The translations under genes and the position numbers were made by a program. 64,000 nucleotides of DNA from a virus: IMG/VR virus record IMGVR_UViG_3300035704_000006, positions 3,456 to 67,455 of that record; one strand, 5' to 3'. The notes under the pieces were generated by a model, which was given only the letters and a program-made list of their open reading frames with translations, was not told the origin of the DNA and did not search any database. Below are positions 37,182-47,987 of the stretch, in pieces (positions within the stretch are counted from its first letter, which is position 1; each line of letters starts with the position of its first letter).

Positions 37182-37663
37182 CAGATCCCCCCGTTCGCCA
37201 CGCGGGCTTCAGCCAGGGCATCCTGGTTCTTGCCGCACGCTTCGCAGGGATTCCGGTCGGGAGCCCCGTCCGGGCGGATCCTGCCTTCGCGGTGGAACTC
37301 GCCGCGCTCGTAGTCGGCTTCCTGGCGCATGCTGCCGGTGGCGATGTCCCCGGGGAGAACGTTCTCCGGGTGCCGGGTGAAGTTGGCGGCGAAGAACTCA
37401 GGGGCGACTGATGTCGCGCGTGGCGTCCCGTGAGCGTCGATCCACTCGATCCGGTGCGTGCCGTCCGGGTTGATCTCGGAGAACTCGACGGGCGTGCCGT
37501 GGTGCAGGTCGAGGCGCTTCATCAGCGCGTAGTGCTCGGCGATGATCTGGGACTCGTAGTCGGGAAGGCCCGGAGGCGCGGCCATCGTGCGGCCTTCTGC
37601 CTTGGCGTGATGCTCTCCTACGGCGAGATGATCGGGGTGTTCGTAGATGTGAGTTGCTTGCAT
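37181..37663 (-). CDS. Hypothetical protein
   Basis: AAGGGAG RBS; coupled to next gene. Confidence 0.55.
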   Translation of the reverse strand: MQATHIYEHPDHLAVGEHHAKAEGRTMAAPPGLPDYESQIIAEHYALMKRLDLHHGTPVEFSEINPDGTHRIEWIDAHGTPRATSVAPEFFAANFTRHPENVLPGDIATGSMRQEADYERGEFHREGRIRPDGAPDRNPCEACGKNQDALAEARVANGGI

Positions 37664-37704
37664 TTCTCCCTTGGGTTCTGTGTTCCGGAAGTTCCGGCTC
37701 CTGG

Positions 37705-37971
37705 TCAGTAACAATTGTATTTCTGGCCGACGACGAAGAAAGTCCCGAACAGTTTCCGGCCTGTCTCGGTTGGCGGAGGATATTTTTTAGCGTCCTGCGA
37801 CAACTGGGTCAGTGCGGGGCACCAGATCTTCCGGGTCTGGATGTTATACCAGAAGTCTGAGGCAGCGAGAACAAGGGTCGTTACCACTATGATCCGGAAG
37901 ATGACAGCGGTAAACAGTCCAGTTTTCTCGCTGAGTATCCTTATAGGAGCACTTCCTTCAGTATCAGCCAT
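37705..37971 (-). CDS. Small membrane protein
   Basis: One TM segment. Confidence 0.55.
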   Translation of the reverse strand: MADTEGSAPIRILSEKTGLFTAVIFRIIVVTTLVLAASDFWYNIQTRKIWCPALTQLSQDAKKYPPPTETGRKLFGTFFVVGQKYNCY

Positions 37972-38350
37972 TTTCCCTCTCTCCTCTCTGAGCCTCGAAT
38001 AGTTCCATTCGGGCTCTCATCTTGTCCTGGTTATCAGTCATCCCTGCCATTGACTTGACAAGCTGGTCGACTTTATCTTTGACAGATCCTCCCCCGTTAG
38101 GGGAAAGCTCGGCGACAACATGAGCCTGGCTTTTTTCTAGGAGATCGAGCCGTCTTAGCACTCCTGGCCTGGCAGGATGATCAGGGCTCTCCTCCTCACC
38201 GTTCCAGGCACGGAGAAAATCAATGAAGCTGATGACAAGATGCCAGGACTTGCGGAGGAACAGCGCGGCAGTGGCTCCGATCATCGTAATGAGAGCGCAT
38301 CCGGCGACGATTATCCCGGTGGCCACGTTGACATCGTCAGGTGCGGCCAT
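37964..38350 (-). CDS. Membrane protein (lysis-accessory-like)
   Basis: TM, then W.GE...RPGV..RL, EL.PNGG.S.KD. Confidence 0.7.
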   Translation of the reverse strand: MAAPDDVNVATGIIVAGCALITMIGATAALFLRKSWHLVISFIDFLRAWNGEEESPDHPARPGVLRRLDLLEKSQAHVVAELSPNGGGSVKDKVDQLVKSMAGMTDNQDKMRARMELFEAQRGERENG

Positions 38351-39450
38351 CACTGCACCGCCGTGGAGACCACCGGGAAGATCGCGGCAAGAAGGGAAGT
38401 GAAGTCATCAAAGGCACTCTGGAAAGCGGTGACCTTTCCTGAAAGAGTACTGTCGTCGTATTCATATTCCCCGATGATGAACGGCTTGAGGATAGGATTG
38501 GATTCTCCACCGTAACCATAGTCGGTCATCAGCAGCCTGGCTACTCCGCCTGCTCGTTCGCATCCCGGGTCGACTGGTACCCCGTGCGCATTGAGAAGCT
38601 GGCCGGGGACTATATTAAAAGCGTTCCCGAAGTTCACCCGGTTGAATCGTGCCAGCGCGTTCTTCGCGTTCTGCTGGGCAGCACCGGAAGTGGTAACTCC
38701 GTTTCCGGTGATGTCAATGTAGCTTTCTGTCCAGCCATGTTCGTCGCCGTCCTCAGTATTTTCCTCGCTGATGAGGCCGTGCGTGGCGGGAGCGGCAGCA
38801 GAGGTGTTATCGGAGTTGTCCTCGTACCGGACGAAAAGCCGGTTGATATCCTCGGCAAGCGTGCGGGAGACGGGGGTATTGCTGACGAGGTACCTGTTCA
38901 CGACGGAGGGAAGAGAAGGAATGCTTATCGTGCCGTCTCTCCGGTCGATGTCCCATCCCAGGGCACCCTGCACGGTGATCGCATTGAGGAAATCGCTGAT
39001 CTGGATTGATCCTGCATCGGTCTGGTCTCCGAACCACAACCCGGAAGTTCCGCTCAGCCCCGGATTCCGCCAGAGGAGACCTCGTGATATCGCCTGGTTG
39101 AGGTGATCATCGATATCGTCCCAGGTATTCCACACATCACAGAACTGCGCCCCGAAAGAGCTGTTCCCGTGGGCGGTCATCGTCCAGCCGGGGACATCAG
39201 CAGACGGCTCGTCGATCTGGCCGGTCCAGACAGGTCCCCCGCCGCGGAATATCTTGACCAGGCGGCTGGGGTTCATGGCCGTCACTCGTTCGAGCGCGGG
39301 GGTCTGGAAGAGCCAGGATGCTGTCTTGCATCCGCCTGGCCAGGTGAAGCTGTACTTCAGGCCGCTCACGTGGCCGTAGTGCCCGAGGTACCGGGGATCA
39401 GTCCAGCCCTGGCCGTAAGTCACTACCTGGCTGAGGTCTCGTCTCTGCAT
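38350..39450 (-). CDS. Minor tail protein (baseplate hub/Tal-like)
   Basis: Position; PGGC..AS, VWTG.IDEP. Confidence 0.7.
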   Translation of the reverse strand: MQRRDLSQVVTYGQGWTDPRYLGHYGHVSGLKYSFTWPGGCKTASWLFQTPALERVTAMNPSRLVKIFRGGGPVWTGQIDEPSADVPGWTMTAHGNSSFGAQFCDVWNTWDDIDDHLNQAISRGLLWRNPGLSGTSGLWFGDQTDAGSIQISDFLNAITVQGALGWDIDRRDGTISIPSLPSVVNRYLVSNTPVSRTLAEDINRLFVRYEDNSDNTSAAAPATHGLISEENTEDGDEHGWTESYIDITGNGVTTSGAAQQNAKNALARFNRVNFGNAFNIVPGQLLNAHGVPVDPGCERAGGVARLLMTDYGYGGESNPILKPFIIGEYEYDDSTLSGKVTAFQSAFDDFTSLLAAIFPVVSTAVQ

Positions 39451-39454
39451 CTGG

Positions 39455-40054
39455 CTATGCCTCCTGCGCCACGCGGGCCGAGATGACGTTCAGCGTGAAT
39501 CCCGAGCCGGTGAACGCGAACGCCAGTGCCATGTCTCCTCCCGAGGGGCCTGATGCGCCGCCTCCGAGTCCGCTGGTCGTATGAGTGACCGAAGAATAGA
39601 CAGCGGTTGCCGCGGTGCTTCCCGCCGTGCGCCACCAGAGCTTCATGTCGACGACGGTTTCGCTGACGCCGTCCCAGTCGATAATCACGTCAATTGACCA
39701 GGCTGCGTTACTGGCTCCTGACCAGAGCCCGGCGGCCGGAATGTCAATTTCCCCTATCTGGGTCCCTCCCGTGCCCTGCCAGAAGGTAAAGAAGCTTACT
39801 CCGGTCGGAGCACTGCCTCCCGAGCTGAAATTTCCCCTGGCATCGGCTTTCCACCGGGAGCCTGCCTGGATTAGCTGGGAGGGAACAGTGTCTTTGCTGA
39901 GGAGCTTGGTTCCGGTGGTGCTGAATGAGGGCTTGCTGACATCAGCCAGGTTGCATAGCCGGCCCCATTCGGCGGCGAAGTTAATCTCATAGCGTGCGAA
40001 AAGCCGGTTGAGCTTTCTCCAGGCTGCGGTCAGCGTTCCGGCCGGGCTGCTCAT
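39455..40054 (-). CDS. Minor tail protein
   Basis: Position, beta-rich. Confidence 0.6.
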   Translation of the reverse strand: MSSPAGTLTAAWRKLNRLFARYEINFAAEWGRLCNLADVSKPSFSTTGTKLLSKDTVPSQLIQAGSRWKADARGNFSSGGSAPTGVSFFTFWQGTGGTQIGEIDIPAAGLWSGASNAAWSIDVIIDWDGVSETVVDMKLWWRTAGSTAATAVYSSVTHTTSGLGGGASGPSGGDMALAFAFTGSGFTLNVISARVAQEA

Positions 40055-43000
40055 ATAATTGAATCCAGGTAGAACTGCGGGTAATAAGCGGCGCTGATCC
40101 CGGGTGGCCCTTCCACGCAATAGCAGAAGAGCAGGTTATCCCCGGGGTCGACGGTGAGAGGGCCTCCGCTGATCGTCAGGGGGCCTTCGGGAGGTCCCGG
40201 CAGTGCCAGGACTGAGAATGCTGATCCGCGGTCGCTTGCGCTGCCGAGCACGCGGCCTAGGTCTGCGTGCAGATCGGGCTCGTCAATCCAGATATTCTCG
40301 AAGTCCCCGTCGTTCGTATTGACGATGACTGTCTGCCCGAGAGTATCGAGGGCTATGACATCGAAATACCGGTCTGTGGTTACCGTGTCCGTCACGGTAG
40401 CCTTGAACTGAGCCTGGGTATTGTCCGGTGCGATGTCGGCGACGGGAAGGGTAATTGCTCCTACCTCGACGATTCCGTTAACGATATCGGTGCTCGGGGT
40501 GAAAGTCCGGGACACTGTCTGGGTTACCGGATTAGAGCTTCCGCTGAAAGGATACTGGTAGAAAGTCACAGTCACCTTGCGGGAATCAGTCGGGGAACTG
40601 AAGGAGTCAGCTATCAGCAGGATCGTGTAAGTACTGGTGAAAAGAGCGTTGACCCCGGAGATAAGCGACGAGAACGTATAGAAATGAGTTCCGTCCGGAG
40701 TGTCGCTGCCTCCTCCTACGGAGACATAAGGCACCAGTGAGGGAGATGCATTCTGTCCCGGCCGGTGAGCGATCAGGGTTGAGAAAGATGCCAGGGCAGG
40801 CTGCTGGAACTGAAAGGAAACAGGAGCGTGAACGGATCCGAGGATTCCGTCCAGGTTATAGACCGCGCCGCGTGTCCCCGCCACCAGTTGAGTCGATTCT
40901 GGTTTCGCGACGATTTCCGTCATCAGGTAGTTCTGGTAGCTGAGCTTTCCCAGTGTGGTCGCGATTACGATCTCGTACTTCTTGACGGCGCTGTAAATAA
41001 AACCGCTCTTGACCTGCTTGACGGGAATGGATACGTAGTTCCATTTCGGCGTTGCTATGTAAAGGCAGCCGTCAACCTTCTGGCTCTGGCCGAACTGGAG
41101 CGTATTGCCGTGCGAGTCGGTGATCTGGACGATGAAGGTGACTACCTGATTAGCCGGCGAGTTGAGCGGGACCACGAAGGCGCACCAGAAGGCGATCGAG
41201 CTGAGGGGCTCGATGTCAGCCACGCTCCCGAGGGTCTTCGTGTATTCGGCGAATCCCAGGTTTCCCTGGGTCCACTGCGCCGCGTTCGTGCTCCCCGGCG
41301 CAGTGGAAAATGTGGTCTTGACCCACTGAGGACCGCTTACCGAAGAGAAACTGTCGACGACGACCGGACTCGGGGGCGCGGAGGCTCCGCTGATCGGAGC
41401 GGCGAATCCGAGAAGCTTCTGGACCGATGACCTGCCGTAAGGGAGCGCCTGGAATGTGATCTTGAGGAATGCGGTTACCTGGTTGCTGGCGGCCAGGTCA
41501 TAGGTGGGCTCACTCGGCTCTGCGCGGAAGCAGTCCCAGACAAGCGGGGTGATCACGTCGGAGCGAGTCCACAGGAGCGTCCAGGATGGCTGGTCGATCA
41601 GGGCCATGAGGTATTCCTCGGCAACCGCCACTTCCTGGCGGGTTGACCCGAAGATGGTCAGGGGCATCACGAAGGTGCGGTTGCTGGCCCGGGTACCGTA
41701 CGGCATCTCCCCGTCCGTGACCAGGGACTCCGACTGGTCTACCACCGGCTGCGGAGATCCGAAGCTGAAGTCAGGATCGGTGAAGATCCCCGCTCCCGGC
41801 GCACCGGGAATGCAGCCGTAGGTCGGGAGGTTACCCAGCAGCTCGATTGCCCCGGCCAGGATCAGGCTGTCTGTTCCTGTTCCGGCTGGAGAGGGAGGGG
41901 CGATAGGGCCGGAAGGAGTTACGACGGGCAGCGTGACGACGATCAGCGCCCATTTCGTCGAGGCGCTGATCGTGCCAGATGCGATGACAGGGTTCGGGGT
42001 GATGACCGTCTGGGCGGCCATGCCGGAGATAGCGTTAGTGCTTTGCTGAACCCCTCCGGCGATCGAGACCCAGGGATTAGCCCAGGCGATGTCCGCGCCG
42101 CTGGCTCCGTTGGTGACGAACGCCACGCAGGCTTCAGCCGGGGTCTCCAGCACTCCGGTGAGCGCGACGGGAGAGTTCGAGCCAGCGCTGAACGCGGATG
42201 CTACCTGGTCAGGGAACGCGCCTACGAGGATTCCGGGGATTCCCGCAGCAATGATGTTCTTGGCGTTCGTCCCGGTAGTCGAGAAATTTACCGTGATGGT
42301 ATCTGTCCCGGCGACCAGGGCAATTGTCGGCTCATCCGGGCCGCTCCCCGAAGTGGCCACGAAAACAGACATCGCGAATTCAGTCGTGATGGATTCCGCC
42401 AGGATGTAGGAGTTCCCCTGGCTGTCTTCAACAGAAGTGACAGTCTCGGAGGTAACCACCACTGATGCGCCCACGACAATGGCATCACCCTGGCTGGTGC
42501 TGTTCGCGACGGGCACTACGACGGTCTTCGAGCCGGCTGCGGACGCGTCGGTGGCGATCAGGTAGGTAGCAGTGGCCGGGGATCCTCCGGACTGCTGGTT
42601 GATCAGCGACAACTCAGCGACTACGTCATCGCTGTCCGCGCCGGGGAAAGGGACCCCGTTGGTTGCGTTGAAGTAAGGAAAGAAACAGTAGAGGTTATTA
42701 GCGAGAGCATAGGCCCAGGCATCGGAGAACCACTGCGCCGGAGTGCCGGTCCAGGTTATTCCTCCGGTCAGGTCCGTCGTATAATTACATTCCGTGACGC
42801 CGATGACCGGAGATGTAGTAACCGAGCGAACCTGCGTAACGGCGGGAGTGATGCTGTCGACCGCATCGGTAGCGGTCGTGTTCGGATACCAGTCCAAGAA
42901 ATACCCGTCGAGATTTACCCCTCCGTTAGCGACCGAGCATACCCACTGAGACAGGGGGTAATGCGAAGACGCGGTGTAGGCGGTGAATGTCTCGAAGATC

Positions 43001-43389
43001 TGCACGTACATCGCGCCCGCTGCCGCATTGGCATGAAAGATGGGATATACATGCGCGTGCATTGCGATAAGCGTATTGGCGCTGACTCCGGCGGAATGCT
43101 CTCCCTCGTGCCAGAGCGTGACGGCAGCGCCCGCGGGAACCAGCGCGAAGTAAGCGGCAAGCGCCGCGTCGAGCGCTCCGGAAAGTACGGCCGAGATATC
43201 CGGCTTGAGTGAGACAACCGGGAAAGTTACTCCCGAGGGAATCGTGTTCCCTCCGCCTGGCCAGGCGGAGGGGATTCCCTGGGAGGGGGTCAGGTATGCA
43301 CGCCAGCCTGCGACTGAGGCGACGCCCAGGGCCTCGCAGAATTCTTCGTAAGTGGCCTCGGCATCAATGCCGAATATCGGAGCGGTCAT
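40051..43389 (-). CDS. Large minor tail protein: N-terminal glycoside-hydrolase-like domain + distal-tail-like region
   Basis: Follows tape measure; WHE, DWY, GVTE; NRTF.MPL.I and PYGRS. Confidence 0.7.
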   Translation of the reverse strand: MTAPIFGIDAEATYEEFCEALGVASVAGWRAYLTPSQGIPSAWPGGGNTIPSGVTFPVVSLKPDISAVLSGALDAALAAYFALVPAGAAVTLWHEGEHSAGVSANTLIAMHAHVYPIFHANAAAGAMYVQIFETFTAYTASSHYPLSQWVCSVANGGVNLDGYFLDWYPNTTATDAVDSITPAVTQVRSVTTSPVIGVTECNYTTDLTGGITWTGTPAQWFSDAWAYALANNLYCFFPYFNATNGVPFPGADSDDVVAELSLINQQSGGSPATATYLIATDASAAGSKTVVVPVANSTSQGDAIVVGASVVVTSETVTSVEDSQGNSYILAESITTEFAMSVFVATSGSGPDEPTIALVAGTDTITVNFSTTGTNAKNIIAAGIPGILVGAFPDQVASAFSAGSNSPVALTGVLETPAEACVAFVTNGASGADIAWANPWVSIAGGVQQSTNAISGMAAQTVITPNPVIASGTISASTKWALIVVTLPVVTPSGPIAPPSPAGTGTDSLILAGAIELLGNLPTYGCIPGAPGAGIFTDPDFSFGSPQPVVDQSESLVTDGEMPYGTRASNRTFVMPLTIFGSTRQEVAVAEEYLMALIDQPSWTLLWTRSDVITPLVWDCFRAEPSEPTYDLAASNQVTAFLKITFQALPYGRSSVQKLLGFAAPISGASAPPSPVVVDSFSSVSGPQWVKTTFSTAPGSTNAAQWTQGNLGFAEYTKTLGSVADIEPLSSIAFWCAFVVPLNSPANQVVTFIVQITDSHGNTLQFGQSQKVDGCLYIATPKWNYVSIPVKQVKSGFIYSAVKKYEIVIATTLGKLSYQNYLMTEIVAKPESTQLVAGTRGAVYNLDGILGSVHAPVSFQFQQPALASFSTLIAHRPGQNASPSLVPYVSVGGGSDTPDGTHFYTFSSLISGVNALFTSTYTILLIADSFSSPTDSRKVTVTFYQYPFSGSSNPVTQTVSRTFTPSTDIVNGIVEVGAITLPVADIAPDNTQAQFKATVTDTVTTDRYFDVIALDTLGQTVIVNTNDGDFENIWIDEPDLHADLGRVLGSASDRGSAFSVLALPGPPEGPLTISGGPLTVDPGDNLLFCYCVEGPPGISAAYYPQFYLDSII

Positions 43390-46300
43390 GTATTCCTTGT
43401 GGCTGTCGCGAAACGTCCGGCTGATGCCGCATTCCGGGCGGCTCCGTCCAGTCCGGCCATGACCGCATTCCCGGTAGCGCGGCCGGTAGCCCTGGGATTA
43501 CTCCGGAGCAGGCTGATGATCTCGCCGCCCTGTTTCCTGGTCACGTGCTGATTCTCGGAGTCGCGGATTGAGTGCAGGAAAGCCTCGATCTGGTTCACGT
43601 CAGCGCGGCTGAGGGTGCCGGACCCGGCGACTCCCTCCAGGGTGGAGATTCCCAGCGCGACAGACTTGTCGAGCGCCGAGAGGCCGCCTCCGCCGATATT
43701 GAGCCTGCCGTGCAGGGCCTTGATCATCTCCCGGGCTATCTCATCGCCGAGTTCCCTCATGCGCTTCTTTATCTCTTCTTTGTCATGATCGAGGGAAGAA
43801 AGCCAGCCCTTGGTGATGCTCTGCCCGTAGGTAATGTCGGCGGTGCGCTGCCCGATCGCAGTTTCCTCGCGGCCTATCTTCCTCTCGTCCCGGTTAAGCT
43901 CGCCGATCAGCTTTCCCCCGCCGGAAAGGATAGCCTCGGCGTAAGCGGTCCCGTCTTCAGGCCCGAGAGCGATCGCCTGCTCGATCAGGACCTTGGAAAC
44001 TCCCTGGTGATGCAATCGCCCGATAACCTCGAAGAACTTGTGAAGCTGCATCACCTTTTCTTCGAGAGCGGTCTTTATCCCGGCTCCGGTCGGCTCCTGG
44101 ACTCCCTGCTTATTTGTCCTGAAGGAAAGGGAAGAAAGCCCGGAAAAGTTCTGGAGCGACTGGATTTCCTGGCTGGAGGCCTGGCGCATGTTCGCGATCG
44201 TGGTATTGATCTTGTCCTGGACCTTGGCCATCTCGGTGAGAACATTCGTCTGATTGCCGATGATCTTGCCGAGTTCCTTCTCGTGCGGACCCGTGTAGTA
44301 CTTTTCCAGGTCTTCGAGCGCAAGTTTTCCCGAGGCACGGATCTGGGCAGGCGTGCGGCTTGCGGATGCCTCGAATTCCCGGGCAACTGTATCGGCGGCC
44401 GAAGATCCTCCGCTTCGCACGTCAGTCGCGGAACTGCCGAGCAGTCCCACGAATACCTGGAAGGTATCTCCTCCTGCCATCTGGGAGATATTTGCCCCGT
44501 ACCCGGCGATGCCGCCCTGGGCGAAATGCCGGGGCCTGGAACTTCCGCCGGAACGGCCCGAAGAGTAATAGGAATTGGCCGCGTGAATGTAGTCCTCGCC
44601 GACCGCCCTGGTCCATTCCGGGACCATGATCGCTTCGCCTTTAGAGGCCAGGACATGCTCAGTGTCCCGGCCTGGCGCGTATCCGGGGATGACCATTCCC
44701 TTGGCCGACTGGGTGAAGAGATGGGATACCGTGCCGGAGATCGGCGCCTGGCCTCCGGTCTGGGTGGTATTAACATTCACGTCAATACTGACGGTCTTAT
44801 TATGCAGCGCATCAATCGCTGTATTCAGCTCGGCGATGATCTTCCGGGCCTCTCCGCCGTGAACCCCGAGCGCATCGAGCGTGTTCCGCAGGGCTACCAG
44901 GGGCGCCGCAGCCTGCGAGGAGGAACCGGTGATCTGCTTGATGGCCTCGGCGTTGGCAATGGCATCGGAGACCGTCTGGGACATCTGGGTGCCCGCGGTG
45001 CGCTGCGCTGCGGTGAGCGTGCCGACCGAGTCAGCGGAGAGGCCGAGATCGGTTTTCAGGGTGACCATGTCATTGTCAAGCTGATTGGTCGTATTAATCA
45101 TGTTCAGGGTCGGGTTGAACAAGTCGCCTTCTGCCGCGCCCAGGGCCTGAACGCGCGTGGCCAGCGATCCGGCGAGCCCGTTCGCTATTTCCATCTGCTG
45201 ACTGAATGCCTGAGTCGAGGACGCTGCCCCTAGTTCCTTATTGGCGTATGCCTCTATTTTTGCCATCGCCTTATTGCCGGCTTCGCCCTGAGCCTGGAGA
45301 GCATTAGCGCTCACTCCGGATGCCTTGGCTAGCTGAAGGGACTGGATAGAATCCAGTCCGTACATGTGCCCGAGGATTTGCAGCCTGGACGTAAGATTGG
45401 CGTATTTCAGCGTGGCCTGCTCTATCAGCGCATTGTCTTCCTTGACAGCAGGACCGATAAACGATCCTTCTCCCTGCGGAAGGTTCGCTATCGCCTCATC
45501 TTCTTTCCTCAGGGTCTGAAGCTGCTGAATATGCTCGGCGTACCCGGCGATATTGAACCTGACTGCCTTGTCCTGCTTGACCAGGGCGTCATTTTCCTGC
45601 TCGGTAACTTCTTTCAGGTTTCCTGATGCGTCAGTGAGCTTGACGGCCTCGTAAGCCAGGAATCCCAGTCCGGCGGCAAGCGCTCCTATGATGACGAGGG
45701 GATCAGAAAGAATTCCGCTGATCATGGACCCGACAAAGCCCTTGTTCAGGGAGAATCCCTTGGACTCAGTCTCGGCGGCTCCCATCGCGACGGCAAGTTT
45801 CTCTGCGCTCGCTGCCTCCGCATCCATGGCGCCGGAAAAGGCAAGCGCTCCGGCTGTTGCCTGATCCTGGCTGAATCCCATCTCCAGGAGTTTCGCGTTG
45901 GCGGCAGCCGTGCGCTCCTCAGTTGTTCCCTCGGTGATCCCCAGGGCTTCCTGAGCGCGGGCGAGAGCGGCTGAGTCCGCGGTCGCCTTGACGATCGCGC
46001 TGTCCAGCAGGCTTGCCCCGGTGAGCGGGCCGGCCTGCCCGAAGACAGCAGCCCGTTCCTGGGCAGCGGCCTGGGTGTTGATGGCATTGGAGAGGGCGAT
46101 GGCTCCGGCCGCTGCCTCGGCATCAGACAGGCCCAGCGATACGAGGCGGTCCCTGAGAGCCCCGGCCGCCGCGTCGGCGTTGTCCAGGGACATCCCCAGG
46201 AAGTTCTCCGCCTGCTGAAGCTGGTTGGCGTCGTAGGCCGCCTGGACCATGGCCTCGTCGAGCTTGAGCACGCCCGTGTACTTGCTCTGGTCGGCAACGA

Positions 46301-47042
46301 AGCTCTCGGCTTCGCCGCCGGTAATCAGGGACAGCGCCCCGTTGCCGCCCCTGCCGACAACCAGCGCGGCACCCTGCTCCAGTTCCAGGAGGGCATCGCG
46401 GACCTGATCCCATTCGGCAGGGAGCCGCTGAAGCGTGTCCTCGTACCCGGCCCAGGAAGCAGCAGCCTCGTCAGCCGCGTCTGCCTGCGCCATCAGGGCC
46501 GCGATCTGGGCGTCAAGGCCCGGGTTGGCCGCGAGGATATCGGCCTGGAGCTGGCGTTCCCGGTCAGTCAGGGGAATGAGCGCATCCCCGGCTGCCGTGG
46601 CGGCTGCGGCAAGGCTGCTGATCGCCGCGCTGGCATCAGCCGCTGAACTGCCCGCCTCTTCCGTGGCGGCAGCGGCCTCGCGGGATGATGCGGTCAGGGT
46701 GTCCGCGGATGAGGCAGCGGCGTCAAGCGCGGCAGTCAGGTCTTCGGCTTCGGTGATCGCCGGCTCGGCGTCCAGGACGGGTTCCAGGGTCAGATCCCGG
46801 GCGTTCAGCTCACTGAGCCTTTCGTCCAGTCCCTCGATCTCCGCTTCGGCCGGCCCGGTGTCAGCCTCGGGGATCAGCTCGATGTCGTCTGTGGCGGCCA
46901 GGAACGCGGTCCTGAACGCCTCCCCGTACTTCTCCCCCAGGGCTTCGGCGCCGGGAAGGATTTCCTCCTCTGCCTTGGCATTCCAGCCTTCGGCATTAGG
47001 GACGACGGAAACGCCGACGCTGCCTACGACGCTGCCGCTCAT
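43386..47042 (-). CDS. Tape measure protein
   Basis: 1218 aa Ala-rich helical, follows chaperones; VGSVGVSVVP start, FAQGG. Confidence 0.9.
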   Translation of the reverse strand: MSGSVVGSVGVSVVPNAEGWNAKAEEEILPGAEALGEKYGEAFRTAFLAATDDIELIPEADTGPAEAEIEGLDERLSELNARDLTLEPVLDAEPAITEAEDLTAALDAAASSADTLTASSREAAAATEEAGSSAADASAAISSLAAAATAAGDALIPLTDRERQLQADILAANPGLDAQIAALMAQADAADEAAASWAGYEDTLQRLPAEWDQVRDALLELEQGAALVVGRGGNGALSLITGGEAESFVADQSKYTGVLKLDEAMVQAAYDANQLQQAENFLGMSLDNADAAAGALRDRLVSLGLSDAEAAAGAIALSNAINTQAAAQERAAVFGQAGPLTGASLLDSAIVKATADSAALARAQEALGITEGTTEERTAAANAKLLEMGFSQDQATAGALAFSGAMDAEAASAEKLAVAMGAAETESKGFSLNKGFVGSMISGILSDPLVIIGALAAGLGFLAYEAVKLTDASGNLKEVTEQENDALVKQDKAVRFNIAGYAEHIQQLQTLRKEDEAIANLPQGEGSFIGPAVKEDNALIEQATLKYANLTSRLQILGHMYGLDSIQSLQLAKASGVSANALQAQGEAGNKAMAKIEAYANKELGAASSTQAFSQQMEIANGLAGSLATRVQALGAAEGDLFNPTLNMINTTNQLDNDMVTLKTDLGLSADSVGTLTAAQRTAGTQMSQTVSDAIANAEAIKQITGSSSQAAAPLVALRNTLDALGVHGGEARKIIAELNTAIDALHNKTVSIDVNVNTTQTGGQAPISGTVSHLFTQSAKGMVIPGYAPGRDTEHVLASKGEAIMVPEWTRAVGEDYIHAANSYYSSGRSGGSSRPRHFAQGGIAGYGANISQMAGGDTFQVFVGLLGSSATDVRSGGSSAADTVAREFEASASRTPAQIRASGKLALEDLEKYYTGPHEKELGKIIGNQTNVLTEMAKVQDKINTTIANMRQASSQEIQSLQNFSGLSSLSFRTNKQGVQEPTGAGIKTALEEKVMQLHKFFEVIGRLHHQGVSKVLIEQAIALGPEDGTAYAEAILSGGGKLIGELNRDERKIGREETAIGQRTADITYGQSITKGWLSSLDHDKEEIKKRMRELGDEIAREMIKALHGRLNIGGGGLSALDKSVALGISTLEGVAGSGTLSRADVNQIEAFLHSIRDSENQHVTRKQGGEIISLLRSNPRATGRATGNAVMAGLDGAARNAASAGRFATATRNT

Positions 47043-47916
47043 TCGTTCTCCCTCGGCCTTCTCCGCTGTCCTTGTCCTGCGGTTCCATCAGGGCGTCCCG
47101 GAGCCCTGCCGTAGGCCGGAGAGCGCGGGTCGATCGCCATCCGGTGCTCCGGCCGGAGTTCCTTCTTCCTGCGCGCCTTCACCGGCTTCTTCCCGTGGCC
47201 CGGGCGCCGGACCGGATCGGGGAGGGGCGGCTTGCCCTTGGTGCTGTTCGCGCGGATGGTGATGTACTGGAGCTTGCGCATCTCGTCGATGAGCGTGGCC
47301 AGCAGCATGTCCGTGTGCGACCAGTGGCCGTCCGCCGGGTCGTACGGCTCGGAGTCGTCATCGTCTCCTTCCCCCTCCTCTCCGGCTGCCAGAGCCGGCG
47401 CCGTAGCTTCCGCCAGCAGGCGCAGTTCGGTCATGGTCTTCGACTCCGGGGGGAGGCCGTCGATGAGCACGCTCAGCTTGCGCAGCGTGAGCCGTGACGG
47501 GCCTCCCCCGGGCCGGTACATGTCGAGGAGGTCCAGGTGGCAGTACCGGTGGAGGTCGAATTCCAGTGCCCGGCGGCGCTCCCTGGCTAGGTGGAGGACC
47601 GCCGCGCTTTTCCCGCCGAGATCCCGTTGGCCTTGGTGATGGCCTCGCTGAGCGCATCGAGCTGGTAATTGTGCAGCTTCGCTTCGATGAATGCCCGCGC
47701 GTCGTCCTCGTTAAGGACTTCGGCCGCCCAGGCATCCCACATGCTTGCCGCGAGGAACCTGCTCCCGTTGTGAGTCCATTCTTTTCCGTGCGGAATGGAG
47801 ATCACCGTTCCGGGCGCGATCTTGACGGGGAGCGGCTCGCCTACCGCTTCGCGCAGGGTTTCGTCCATCGCCACCAGGTCAAGCGCAACTGATAGCGGGG
47901 TCTCGTTTTCGTCCAC
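47039..47916 (-). CDS. Tail assembly chaperones G (47587-47916) and GT via -1 frameshift at GGGAAAA (47608-47614)
   Basis: G GGA AAA heptamer; the -1 frame stays open (KSAAVLHL..EFDL..DMYRPGG) into ORF 47039-47521. Confidence 0.85.
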
Positions 47917-47942
47917 TGGATATTTTCCTTTGCCGGGAATCG

Positions 47943-47970
47943 GGGGAGTTACCCGCACGGGTAACTCCCC
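47943..47970. terminator. Hairpin after major tail gene
   Basis: GGGGAGTTACCC-GCAC-GGGTAACTCCCC. Confidence 0.6.
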
Positions 47971-47987
47971 TTTGAGAGAAACCGGAT

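Noticed and set aside
43572-45233. Long plus-strand ORFs (also 4947-6569, 13071-14393, 55166-56491)
   Set aside because: Antisense shadows of real high-GC genes; no motifs
47608-47614. Tail chaperone frameshift as a novelty
   Set aside because: Well-known conserved feature of long-tailed phages
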